The notes beneath the pieces are model-generated. The model did no database searches. It was not told the DNA's origin and saw only the letters and a program-made list of their open reading frames with translations. From IMG/VR virus record IMGVR_UViG_3300007345_000003: a stretch of DNA of 64,000 nt. One strand, written 5' to 3'. Below, piece by piece: positions 32,101 through 39,593 of the stretch. Both the position numbers and the translations under genes were made by a program. Position 1 is the stretch's first letter. Each line of letters starts with the position of its first letter. This stretch comes from an uncultured virus (IMG/VR IMGVR_UViG_3300007345_000003). Taxonomy: Duplodnaviria > Heunggongvirae > Uroviricota > Caudoviricetes > Crassvirales.

Positions 32101-33052
32101 AAGTACTAGTACGTCTGTCTATTCTCTGCTGAGATTGAGGATCAACCATGTCCATCCTGTCCCTTGTCAGGTCCAGTTTTCTAAAATCTGGTTTTGAGTT
32201 CCTGCCGTATACGGCGTTTCTAAGAAAGTGTATTTGTCCGGGGGCAGTTATTGCTTCAGGGGGAAGATCAAACGCTGACCGCTGGTGCTTAGGCTGAGCT
32301 GGGGCTAGTCTACTAGCTGAACCGGGAGTACCGTTGAGCCACTTTGTTTTTGTCCTTACCGAGTTCCACTGTATACCATCGTTAGCAGTTCCTAGATCTT
32401 GAACCTTCACTGTTGCCCCTATGTTACTGCTGTCAGCCCCAGTTAAGAATCTGGCTACGTCAACTGTGGGGTTTTGGTGTGCTTTATCGCCAGTTGATGC
32501 TGGCACTCCAGCAAGAACGAATGGTACTTGCCTCTTATTTACAGCTACCCCTAAGTCACTTCTGCCCCCTTGTAGCAGCAAACACCCTTCTAGTATAACT
32601 ATATCACCGGGCTGGACTTGATCAAAAAGCTTTTCAAGCAGATATACTTTTACTGCCAGGTGCCCATCTGTAAGATATCTGAACTCTGTCCGCTCGATGT
32701 ACTCTGCTAGTGTGTTTCCTGTTATAGTAACTAGAGTTAGGTCATCTGACTTTATTTTAATAGACGTGGGCTGCACACCTACCAGCTCTCTTATAGGCTT
32801 ATTAAGCAGACCGTTCTCAAAGTTTCCCTGAAGGCCGTCACCTCCGTTAGCGCCCCCGTACAGCAAAAGATCTGCAGAAGTCCACCCCTCGTAAGCTAAC
32901 TCTTCGCTTGAGAGATACCGTATTTCTGAGGGAGAATGCGCGGAATTGTGTATGAATATATCAAATGCGCTAGCGGCATGAGCCTCTACGAACGTAAATA
33001 CGGGTAGATCTCTGCCCCCCTCTCTTGTAGAAAATCCAAGTACTCTAGCCAT
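26183..33052 (-). CDS. Giant putative virion/tail-associated protein (2289 aa) with GCTD...DDGSC repeats and a Cys-rich C-terminal region
   Basis: Single long ORF in the structural operon; repeats GCTDENAVNFNPNANVDDGSC, GCMDETAVNFNPDANSDDGSC and GCTDPGAENYDPDATIDDGTC. Confidence 0.75.
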   Translation of the reverse strand: MARVLGFSTREGGRDLPVFTFVEAHAASAFDIFIHNSAHSPSEIRYLSSEELAYEGWTSADLLLYGGANGGDGLQGNFENGLLNKPIRELVGVQPTSIKIKSDDLTLVTITGNTLAEYIERTEFRYLTDGHLAVKVYLLEKLFDQVQPGDIVILEGCLLLQGGRSDLGVAVNKRQVPFVLAGVPASTGDKAHQNPTVDVARFLTGADSSNIGATVKVQDLGTANDGIQWNSVRTKTKWLNGTPGSASRLAPAQPKHQRSAFDLPPEAITAPGQIHFLRNAVYGRNSKPDFRKLDLTRDRMDMVDPQSQQRIDRRTSTYRSQRKGDQFSLLEFHGPQLNIGETHGYINYGLYAWKYVVGPSYGDTKYGASSIGGSYLPQTVGGDFLPTGLGIPNQGYELGDTYGYDDSATRSNARCENLRVHPDRGIYRSPYYPHAQSEFMHYVTFYKWENTNFTINSTTNYNITNGVGSAINSNDVNIWAWYASWAFQSSYNEASGNPDASNQTALGGSQYMRLEALNAVLIGNIGWQDFISNAFYMGADPDNTSAHSFQNYISTSENQELVPAYDKLFSGVYHATRIHQTFYNASRTIGANIGGGEAGFTPASTGLTSGWPTVASAAVNSQNLSSSVLFTYTAFVYAESPQAIAISNDDYAPWATSDIPTFTDVYGFSPITEQGAGDTLHRVKYRVNVTSGGGSSTLPPTYAIAANGINGVNSTFCTDKNSEATWAVLGDENETSLVRFRNLSLCNEELDYDRCGCRNVVESLPVGEVGKGTSPDSKRFETVVIYPRNVVTDQYSETGTGGADAFPSLLYVNSYFSVTGNANVDNGYALNYLADGTLAAATSVEYRTTTNSTQTVLLSEFGLGFNGYGDIFQTEFLGLSLPDPTDVLADTNTFTYKYFPGRDPYIDQDLQFFVHDSADEARVFATIGGAGYNSAASSDDEPHRHMLLFSAGSLAIAGTDPKRAHVDLGWTQSWENTEVECSILSLGITTECSDVSKDKPPYRNRKFVVIGDHTIDTGFEDNDGDGDPDNSIKGCTDENAVNFNPNANVDDGSCYFCETALDSDANALHFVQALPLLINTTPGNVDSVSANGLYGTAPATYIGNVGGGLADVPTSSPDIYDWQDGNLFNAVNTSENALTSGSGGGPNTAFTYFAMRHDALLDRLVPASDQGSQQQLGNDSYSGGYQVALNDMITSELASRWVCQIYTYDDWQNRTVPANTFGNGWAVESNGDGSTFAQTNVYYDIFGNFSGVGLESFDEVATLANQYTGDASSFYFRNFDPDDASTVTDIGLEAGREYVAVLRFQPLQTCGQKQFYYMAYHFFVEYCECTDPTSTSAGNYAGADNAPWQGTPWDGVSFYPGVNTPTDQFNTFLADGSGVFTPNFCVTSEDGISTGLLNSRICEFQGEDESVTCGNFYSWCLTEIATDCVGPDENGNVYGEANFSILIDGFFVQSDPGQGGTLGDAYQLIEPQTGFAFYYIVEITVDGILEQTVVSHIVENGLYVPNPEIAITQSVISTFQGANAVINAGPFDFDQDNNGSVGEAVIGVTLQATGLIDNSGQFVSLLDVVDYIVDDDGNPTSVICPAELISYVSTSEDCVDLVEGCMDETAVNFNPDANSDDGSCEYIPCEEIFNDALNSIFITDVESTRASSDCVYVAEPSDGGEPYYYYDPNYDGSMTVTVQDYSVSSPTGALGANEGNFVLFVAYVSGGNINVVGEAMVFYDNNVTAIQGLGEGEFLTMSNTAAAFIGVGDMTTTPITNGDPFGIGESLAGSEYEINVPLGALFGPTNDLTGGQYLLFVVPHIDATAVGENFGGLEDCIAEFGQFADEQTYHVIDMITNTDDCPQPCNQFTNPDDCPDNVAGCTDPGAENYDPDATIDDGTCVYCTTCDFCDLYPTHPECLLCDKRADETLTAGSRGFSASLRDCEGGGKCCADQSATNYDPECRGENADNGQCTYACNGAGCTDCEDDPTGEGCVEDPCPDPNNPDCVNPPIVNCLETGDCPCVGNDCNPECLLNPELCNPGQQPCEQSVANNECEPIETFTTTTIVCNPIFEEAALNEEYDKDWLTQVLMSCASGDALKYMFRLKAGIHLDDVDTTKLALIAYLFIEGSKNNLDCLFDCDNYEAGVKRNGKVRGFSNRMKEIDCKARWAAGRYQRFAASSNYRKGTTVKYTRVVNGVSTSSYYTAKSDWSPGMTLPGVTADKKQRVWEACINVKFQSGGNPENYFQTFVDFIKRYCDNCEIDPLANSGIYESNEGQGIGPNNRTQDFGGNSSIGFQDEDGNEIIF

Positions 33053-33061
33053 GGGTAAGGT

Positions 33062-33520
33062 TTAGCAGCCGCAAGCACAACGCTCTTGGCAAAATTCTTT
33101 TGCTTTGCGATACATGTCGTTAGCGTCGGTTTGTCTACCGTTTGTTGCAGCAAAGACAGCAGCTTGTAGCAGGAGATAAATCTTCTCCGCAAGCTTGAGA
33201 TCTTCCTTGCACTTATCGCACTTACATGTGCAATGTATTGCGTCATGCACCAGCTTAGCGATGCAGCACTGTATGTCGGCTGTACCTACTGAGTACTCAA
33301 CTGTTTTATTACCTCTACCATCGTCTATGGTTGTCTTCAATACCCCGCTTGAGTTCATAGTAAGCGCAGTAACAACCTTACCCTTCTTGGTGCGGGCTCT
33401 CTGAGAGACGGTGTCTCCGGTGAATAGGTTTTCTACAGTTACGGTGTAGTTAGTTCCCCTAGCTGCTCCAGGAGATGCTACCAAAACTCTTTTGCCTGAG
33501 TATACAGATCTTGTTGCCAT
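33062..33520 (-). CDS. Putative tail hub/structural protein with Cys clusters (152 aa)
   Basis: CC.AKL....C.C.C..C and C-terminal C...C.CGC; position after the auxiliary capsid gene. Confidence 0.6.
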   Translation of the reverse strand: MATRSVYSGKRVLVASPGAARGTNYTVTVENLFTGDTVSQRARTKKGKVVTALTMNSSGVLKTTIDDGRGNKTVEYSVGTADIQCCIAKLVHDAIHCTCKCDKCKEDLKLAEKIYLLLQAAVFAATNGRQTDANDMYRKAKEFCQERCACGC

Positions 33521-33530
33521 GATGATAAGT

Positions 33531-33559
33531 AATAAAGGGGGACACCCTATGTGCCCCCC
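33531..33559 (-). terminator. Rho-independent terminator
   Basis: Minus strand GGGGGCAC-ATAGG-GTGTCCCCC-TTTATT directly after the 384-aa gene. Confidence 0.7.
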
Positions 33560-33567
33560 ATATTAGA

Positions 33568-34722
33568 TTAGCTCCAAACGAAACGCTTCGCAGTACGAAC
33601 AGTAACTTGGAACAAAGTGTCAATTACTGAGTTAGAGCCGTCAGCAAGGAGTGCCGTGCCAGACGAACCTACGTAGATACGAACACTGTTTGTCTGACCT
33701 GCAGGAGCAATTCCTGCACCAACTGGCCAGTTAGGAGTGTTGTAGTTGATGTCGATGACATCGTATGCAAAACCAGACTGAGTAAACGTAGTCTGATCAG
33801 TTGGGAAGTACATACGGTTGAAGTTTCCGTACTTACCTCTAGTACCCTTCTCATCAGAGATAGCCTGCCAGTCGTTACCAGCACCAATAACCAAGTTAGC
33901 CTTGGTGTTAGTCAAAGTGCTGTCTACTGCACCAGTGTCGCTGAGGGTGATCATAATGTCAAGATCAACACCAGCATGGCGAGCAGTGTAGGTGTCACCA
34001 GACGTAGTAGTCGTAGTAACATTAATCAACTTGCTCAAAATGCCGTGAGCATCAACTTTTTCCTCAAGCTTAGCACAGAAGCCAGCAAGGTTATCAGTAG
34101 CCAACTCAGAGTTCAGCACCTCAATGTTGAAGACCTTGTGGTTTGTGGTATTGAAAGCTGCGAGTGGGAACTCTTTGCTTTCACCACTCAAGTCAGTCAT
34201 CGTCAGGTCCTCGTTGTTTACGAAGTACTCGTAAGCAGTAGGGGTAGTTCTGATGACAAACTTGACCAGTCTGTCTTTACTAGTAGCCATTGTGTTGTCA
34301 GTGATGGTGTGCTTAGCACCTACAGAAGCAGTGTGGGGCGTGTATTGAATGCTCTTGATGTTAGCCGTAGGGATAACAGGAGTAGCAATTGGGTTTCCGC
34401 TAGGCATACCCTGAGCAAACTGCAAGTGGCTGTAGTGCCATGCTGGATTGACCGAAGTCAGAGCACTCACCTCAGTCACTACGAGTTCGTCAGCCACTTG
34501 GATACCGTCAGCAGGGGTGTCTGCATCTGTACCAACAATGTTCACGTTAGTAGTAGAGTACAACTGATTTGCAGTAATCCAAGCTTGTCCGTATGAATCC
34601 CAAATACCACACTCGTGGTTGGCAGCGGTAGTGCTACCTACAATAGATCCGAAATTGGTGGTCGCGCCCGGGATGAGCTGACCATCGTTGCAGATAAAAG
34701 TCTGCGAAAGATTAGAAGCCAT
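33568..34722 (-). CDS. Structural protein, probable auxiliary capsid/decoration protein (384 aa)
   Basis: Thr/Ala-rich beta composition; C-terminal G.G....A...E....G..G...R..FP and YD.I.I motif; three genes downstream of the MCP and followed by a terminator. Confidence 0.6.
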   Translation of the reverse strand: MASNLSQTFICNDGQLIPGATTNFGSIVGSTTAANHECGIWDSYGQAWITANQLYSTTNVNIVGTDADTPADGIQVADELVVTEVSALTSVNPAWHYSHLQFAQGMPSGNPIATPVIPTANIKSIQYTPHTASVGAKHTITDNTMATSKDRLVKFVIRTTPTAYEYFVNNEDLTMTDLSGESKEFPLAAFNTTNHKVFNIEVLNSELATDNLAGFCAKLEEKVDAHGILSKLINVTTTTTSGDTYTARHAGVDLDIMITLSDTGAVDSTLTNTKANLVIGAGNDWQAISDEKGTRGKYGNFNRMYFPTDQTTFTQSGFAYDVIDINYNTPNWPVGAGIAPAGQTNSVRIYVGSSGTALLADGSNSVIDTLFQVTVRTAKRFVWS

Positions 34723-34753
34723 GGTAATAAAGTTTTATGGCGTTCAACAAAAA

Positions 34754-35992
34754 TTACTCGCTCTCCAGGACCTCCCCAGATTGCGTTTGATATCTTGGAG
34801 ACTCGAATGACTCCAGGATGCTTTTAACTGTCATCTCCACAATCTCGTGATGAGTGTGCTCTGCCAGCTCGCAGCCTATGCCCTCAGCTAAGTTGACATT
34901 TACAGGTCTGCGTAAATACTTTATAGTTACGTTGAGAGGTATCGTATGTACGTCAGAGTACAAATCTACGAAATTTTCTTGCATCGTGTACATGATGTTG
35001 TCCGTTTTTGCAGTGTTAAACGGATCGTCAAGCAGTGCAAATATGTCATCGTGTTGGACTGCCTTACAAAGTTGCCTGCTTATCTTAGTGTGGTTTTGAC
35101 TTAGGTCAGCTTTTCTATTTACTTTGTATGACACTTCAGGGGATTCAAAGATTTTTCTCTCTATTCCACCGTCCTTTAGTGGTGCATATGCAGGTGCGTA
35201 CTTTATCAACCCATATATACCATCATATATCCCATCTGTAGAGTTCTGAACTTGGTGTGGCTTTGCCAACCCACTCCCGTCAGAAAGTTTTCTTACTGGG
35301 TAGCTTAGGTATATTTCGTTACCATCTGCGTGGGGAGAGTCTGAAGTTATAGAGCTGGAGAACATGTCAGCCAAACCATCTTGGTAAGATCTTCCAGGTA
35401 CATAGCCTTCAGCCCACATCAGTGGATTTAACAGTTCCTCTAAGCTAGTTCTGCTTCCAATCGTGCTCCATATAACTTCTAACTCCCCAAAAACGTTAGC
35501 TACTGATACTTCTCGTATTACATTGCCTGGTTTTCCAGAGTCTATGGGTATTCTTAGAAACCTATCTGTTGTAGCTATCTCTTCAAACCGTACAGGCTTA
35601 TTACAGTTTACTGCAAGTGTGCTCTTTATGTTGATGAGGTACATGTAATCTACAGGAAGCTTGAATCTCTCCAAGTTTATAATCTTATTTCCTGTAGCTG
35701 AGTAAACTGCCCCGAAATAACTACCCGAGCCTATTGCTTCTGATCCACCTTTTATGTTCAAAGGTGTAGAATAGTCTTCAAGTAGCGTTCTGAGGTCGTC
35801 TATCCTCTTCTGAGATTGCTCAAACCCTTTTCCTTTGGGATTGGACATGGGATTGTAGCGCTGATTGATGAATCTGCGTACGGCCATGTTGATTTCATGG
35901 TCAATCTCTTCAGGTAAGAGATTGTCAACCTGGAAAGATGCGACTTTTTGCACCCCCAGGTTGACAGCTATATGCATCTCTTGTATTGTCAC
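34754..35992 (-). CDS. Head-tail connector/ring protein (412 aa)
   Basis: MT..EMH...........EEID..IN.A, GFEQSQKRIDDLRTL, LP.DYM and YLRRP...CEL.EHTH.EIV..TV motifs of the crAss-like ring protein. Confidence 0.8.
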   Translation of the reverse strand: MTIQEMHIAVNLGVQKVASFQVDNLLPEEIDHEINMAVRRFINQRYNPMSNPKGKGFEQSQKRIDDLRTLLEDYSTPLNIKGGSEAIGSGSYFGAVYSATGNKIINLERFKLPVDYMYLINIKSTLAVNCNKPVRFEEIATTDRFLRIPIDSGKPGNVIREVSVANVFGELEVIWSTIGSRTSLEELLNPLMWAEGYVPGRSYQDGLADMFSSSITSDSPHADGNEIYLSYPVRKLSDGSGLAKPHQVQNSTDGIYDGIYGLIKYAPAYAPLKDGGIERKIFESPEVSYKVNRKADLSQNHTKISRQLCKAVQHDDIFALLDDPFNTAKTDNIMYTMQENFVDLYSDVHTIPLNVTIKYLRRPVNVNLAEGIGCELAEHTHHEIVEMTVKSILESFESPRYQTQSGEVLESE

Positions 35993-36795
35993 GCTATTGT
36001 CTTCAGTTGAGCTCTCATAGCGTTAACCGCTCCTGAGTTCTTCTTGTTTTTAAAGTAAACTATGGCGTCGGTTTGGTTCTCTCCAATGGTCTCGTCCCCG
36101 TATATGTACTGGTTTCCGATTTTACGCAAGACATCCTTGCTAACCATCTCTTCAATCTCTGCCTTAAGGTCGAGATCTTTGTCAGTTGCAAACTTCAAGA
36201 ACTTGGCTGGGTTGTTTCCTTTGAGTTCGTACAGTTTGTTTTCAATTTCCAAGTCAGTTAGCTTCTCTGGATTAGATCCGTCGCTAAGTAGTCTTACAAG
36301 TCTTCTCATTTTGTCAACATCTGTTGAGCACTTGATGAACTCTTTGTCTGCTTCCTTGCTAACTTTTACTTTTGCGTTCTTCTTAAGAAGATCTCGTTCA
36401 GGATCGTAGATATAGAACTTTTTTACTGGGTCTTTCTCCATATGTTCTTGACTATCTGCTACCTGTCTATGCTTCTTGCACCACTGAAAGGTGATGTAGT
36501 CCATTACGTTGTGCGGGTGACCTGTCTCATCTACTGTAATGTCCAACTCCTTACCTTCAAATGGTACCTTCAGTGCCATACTGGCCCAAAAGTCTTTTTC
36601 AAGCCTTGGCCAGGCTTCGTGTGTTGGGGGCACGTCGAGTATTCCTGTCAACAACCTGTGTGCTTCATCTCCTTCTACTCCTCTAAGAGGTTGTCTTCCA
36701 ACGTAGATGGAGCCAATCGTAATTTTTGCCCCAGCTCTGATCTCTTTTGGGAGATGGTTGAGGACTTCTTTGCGTCTGATTATAACTTTTTTCAT
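35989..36795 (-). CDS. Conserved Crassvirales protein downstream of the MCP (268 aa)
   Basis: FW....., P.N..DY......H..VA and FYIYD..., P.KF motifs; conserved position. Confidence 0.7.
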   Translation of the reverse strand: MKKVIIRRKEVLNHLPKEIRAGAKITIGSIYVGRQPLRGVEGDEAHRLLTGILDVPPTHEAWPRLEKDFWASMALKVPFEGKELDITVDETGHPHNVMDYITFQWCKKHRQVADSQEHMEKDPVKKFYIYDPERDLLKKNAKVKVSKEADKEFIKCSTDVDKMRRLVRLLSDGSNPEKLTDLEIENKLYELKGNNPAKFLKFATDKDLDLKAEIEEMVSKDVLRKIGNQYIYGDETIGENQTDAIVYFKNKKNSGAVNAMRAQLKTIA

Positions 36796-36828
36796 GTTCT
36801 TTTGAGTTAAGAATAAACTAGTCCTGGC

Positions 36829-36870
36829 TGCAAATCGGGGAGAGCCGACATTTCAGCTCCCCCCTTTGCA
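36829..36870 (-). terminator. Hairpin after the major capsid gene (terminator or stabiliser)
   Basis: Imperfect inverted repeat TGCAAA..GGGG.GAGC / GCTCCCC..TTTGCA just after the MCP stop. Confidence 0.55.
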
Positions 36871-36884
36871 AACCAAACACCAAA

Positions 36885-38333
36885 TTACGATGCAGTGCAA
36901 GTCAAGTCGAGCGAAGTATCGAATCTGCGGAGCAGGATACCAGCTGTCTTCAACATGTGCACAGAAGCACCGTCTATATCTGAAGCTCGCGTGTCGGTTT
37001 CAGTGAAGCCCTTAGGCACAACTGAACCTGCAACACACCAGCGGAGCATTTCGCGTCCCTTCTTGTTCAACATCTGGAGGTTGTTCTCCCCGTCATAAGA
37101 TGACTGGTCAACAAACACCATTCTGTATGACTCAAGCGGCAATCCAGACTCAGGGTGCTTCTGAGAAGCCTGAGCAACAGGACCGTGATCGAACAATGGG
37201 ACCTTAACCACGTTCACCGTGTGACCATCGACGTGGTCGTACGAGGTGAAGTAACCAGTGATACCCAAGCTACGACCGCTACCAGTGATAAACTTAGACT
37301 CAGTAGTTCTGAGGTAAGAGTTTGTAGTAGTACCGACACCGCTAGAGCTAACACCGTTAGCGTAGTAGCTGCGGAGAGCCTTGTCGAACTCACGTGCACC
37401 ACCAATACCGGTGTACAAAGTCACCTGCTTGTCGGTAGCATCCGTCATGCCGTAGAACAAGTCACCAATCGTGTCCTCCAACTTCTTCTGCGTGAGAGTA
37501 GAGTAGGTGTCCTTATTGATGATCTGCTCGAACAAACCAGGACCAGATATAACTGGTTGGCCATTCTCGTCCAACATTCTGTTAGATCCTTTGTCATCAT
37601 AAGTCTTGTTTCCGTACCAGTAGTACATCTCACACTCTTCCTTAAACTTGAGCATGTGACGGTACTCCTCGTAGTCCATCCACAACTTCGTAGAAGAACC
37701 TTCCTTAGTTGGGAGGTTGAACTCTGCTACGTAGTCTTTAGCGTTACCAGAGAAGTGGTAAGACTTACGCACAGTACCAATCTTAGAACGGACCAACCCG
37801 GGAGCTGTCCAGTTAGAAGCGTTACCGCGTGAGAAGTCAATACCAACGTTAGCAAACAACATGCCCCAAAGAGCACCTGCTGCACGGTCCTCTGAAGGAA
37901 TAGCTGTAACGTCTGGAGAAACGATTTGGAGTTCATACTCGTAACCGTTACCAACCGATCTAGGTTCGCTCATAATCCGAGCCAACACACCAGTCTGTGA
38001 GACCAAAGTGTATGGGAAAATGAACCACTTGTCAGGGAAGGTCAATCTGAAGGGTGCACCTCCAGTTCCGTCTCCTGTGTTAGCGACAACTGGGCGAACG
38101 TTAACTTCATGGGTCTTGACACGATACTCAAATTCAAATCTATTGATTGACTTCGTGTTACCAACCCCTTCAGTCAAGAAGGAAAGAGGAAACTTCTTTT
38201 CTTCACGTCCGGCCAAGTGCGTAATGATGGGAGAGAGCTCTTCGGGCTTCTCCATCAAAGCATTAACCAACGAGTTTGTGTCGGTCATCTGCTGGTCATT
38301 GTAGTACGTTTTAAGTACCTGCATCAAAGCCAT
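36885..38333 (-). CDS. Major capsid protein (crAss-like HK97 fold)
   Basis: 482 aa; FPL..LTEG, TVRKSY..SGN, G.GL.EQI, TG.GG..EF and G.YF..Y....G..V.V...PLFD motifs; position portal-scaffold-MCP. Confidence 0.9.
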   Translation of the reverse strand: MALMQVLKTYYNDQQMTDTNSLVNALMEKPEELSPIITHLAGREEKKFPLSFLTEGVGNTKSINRFEFEYRVKTHEVNVRPVVANTGDGTGGAPFRLTFPDKWFIFPYTLVSQTGVLARIMSEPRSVGNGYEYELQIVSPDVTAIPSEDRAAGALWGMLFANVGIDFSRGNASNWTAPGLVRSKIGTVRKSYHFSGNAKDYVAEFNLPTKEGSSTKLWMDYEEYRHMLKFKEECEMYYWYGNKTYDDKGSNRMLDENGQPVISGPGLFEQIINKDTYSTLTQKKLEDTIGDLFYGMTDATDKQVTLYTGIGGAREFDKALRSYYANGVSSSGVGTTTNSYLRTTESKFITGSGRSLGITGYFTSYDHVDGHTVNVVKVPLFDHGPVAQASQKHPESGLPLESYRMVFVDQSSYDGENNLQMLNKKGREMLRWCVAGSVVPKGFTETDTRASDIDGASVHMLKTAGILLRRFDTSLDLTCTAS

Positions 38334-38358
38334 GATTGTTTATTTTAAAAGGTTATGC

Positions 38359-39522
38359 TTAAAAAAGCGCGTTTATGTCCAGTTGATCTGGATCAAATGA
38401 TGGTTGTCTACGCTGAGCTTTACGAGCACTCTTGACTCTCTCTTCGTTAGACTGGATACGTTCCCTGAGATTTCTGACACTCTGCGTGCGTGCTTTTGTG
38501 TCAATGATATCTCCGAGATCAAATCCGCTATACATGAGATAGTCTATTGCGAGCTTGATGTCGATGTTGGCATCAGCATAGTCTAGGTCTCTTTGAGTAT
38601 TGCCTTCCTCGTCTACGGGAGCGGAGATGTAATCGAAGAAGTCTTGCTTATCTGAGTCTGGGATCACTATACCTGCAAACTCATTGTCTTCTGAGATGTA
38701 GTCTGCTACATCGCCCCAGAAGTTTTCTTGCACCTGCTCTTCGTACGCTTGCGCCTCAAGTTGCTCTTGGTACAAAGCTTCTCTCTGCTGCTCTTGCATT
38801 GCAGTAAGTTCTCCTTGTGCTATCAATGCTTTGTTGTACAGCTTACCACCTTCTTCGAAATCGTTGAGCATCTCGAGGATAAACTCATCTTGGTGGCCCA
38901 TTGCTTTGTAGTACTCACCAAGCATAGCGCGTTGGAGAGTCACATCCTGTTCCCTAAGCTCGATACGGCTGTAGTCTGACTGTGGGTTGTTTGCAGCGTA
39001 GAACTCCTGTGGGTCTCCGCCAGCCAACACAAAGTCAAGGTGAGCTTGTATCTCTGGGTACTGGTCAAACAGATCTTGCAGCTGTGCTTCTGCAACTTCT
39101 TCAGACATATCTCTGACAAAGCTGGTGAGCCCCTCTACAGTATCGGCATACTCATTTTCTAATTCAAATCCGAGAATATCAGAGATCTTATCTGCGATGG
39201 GGAGATCGTCGTATTCGTCTTCGGTGAGTTCGTCTTCAAACTCTTCGTCGTCATCTTCCTCATCATCATATTCGTCCTCTTCGTCGTAGTCGTCTTCTAC
39301 GGTGTCTTCATCGTCATCGTCATCGTCGTCTTCATCGACATAGTCTTCGAAGTCTTCGTCTCCATATTCTCTAGGGTCTTCGTCGATGATGTCATCATCG
39401 TCGTAGTATTCCTCAACGTCTTGAGGCTCCTGTTCGACTGTTTCCAGTCCTGGTGCGCCTTCCCCAACGACACTGTCGAAGGTAATGGCGCTAAAGTCTA
39501 GTTTGTTGTTTGGGTCTGACAT
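38359..39522 (-). CDS. Acidic scaffolding-like protein (387 aa)
   Basis: Long D/E tract followed by a helical domain; immediately upstream of the MCP as in Crassvirales. Confidence 0.7.
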   Translation of the reverse strand: MSDPNNKLDFSAITFDSVVGEGAPGLETVEQEPQDVEEYYDDDDIIDEDPREYGDEDFEDYVDEDDDDDDDEDTVEDDYDEEDEYDDEEDDDEEFEDELTEDEYDDLPIADKISDILGFELENEYADTVEGLTSFVRDMSEEVAEAQLQDLFDQYPEIQAHLDFVLAGGDPQEFYAANNPQSDYSRIELREQDVTLQRAMLGEYYKAMGHQDEFILEMLNDFEEGGKLYNKALIAQGELTAMQEQQREALYQEQLEAQAYEEQVQENFWGDVADYISEDNEFAGIVIPDSDKQDFFDYISAPVDEEGNTQRDLDYADANIDIKLAIDYLMYSGFDLGDIIDTKARTQSVRNLRERIQSNEERVKSARKAQRRQPSFDPDQLDINALF

Positions 39523-39526
39523 TACG

Positions 39527-39534
39527 CAAAAATA
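39527..39534 (-). promoter_or_regulatory. Bacteroidota -7 element (TATTTTTG), 4 nt upstream of ATG; probable scaffold/MCP promoter
   Basis: Minus strand TATTTTTG-CGTA-ATG in an AT-rich intergenic region. Confidence 0.7.
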
Positions 39535-39593
39535 TTAATGGGTTTGGTTTGTATTTCTGTAAAATTATTTTATACAGTTGCTATTATTATATA

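Noticed and set aside
39220..39410. Short (TCG/TCA/TCT)n repeats
   Set aside because: They encode the Asp/Glu tract of the scaffold-like protein and are not a CRISPR array or independent repeat
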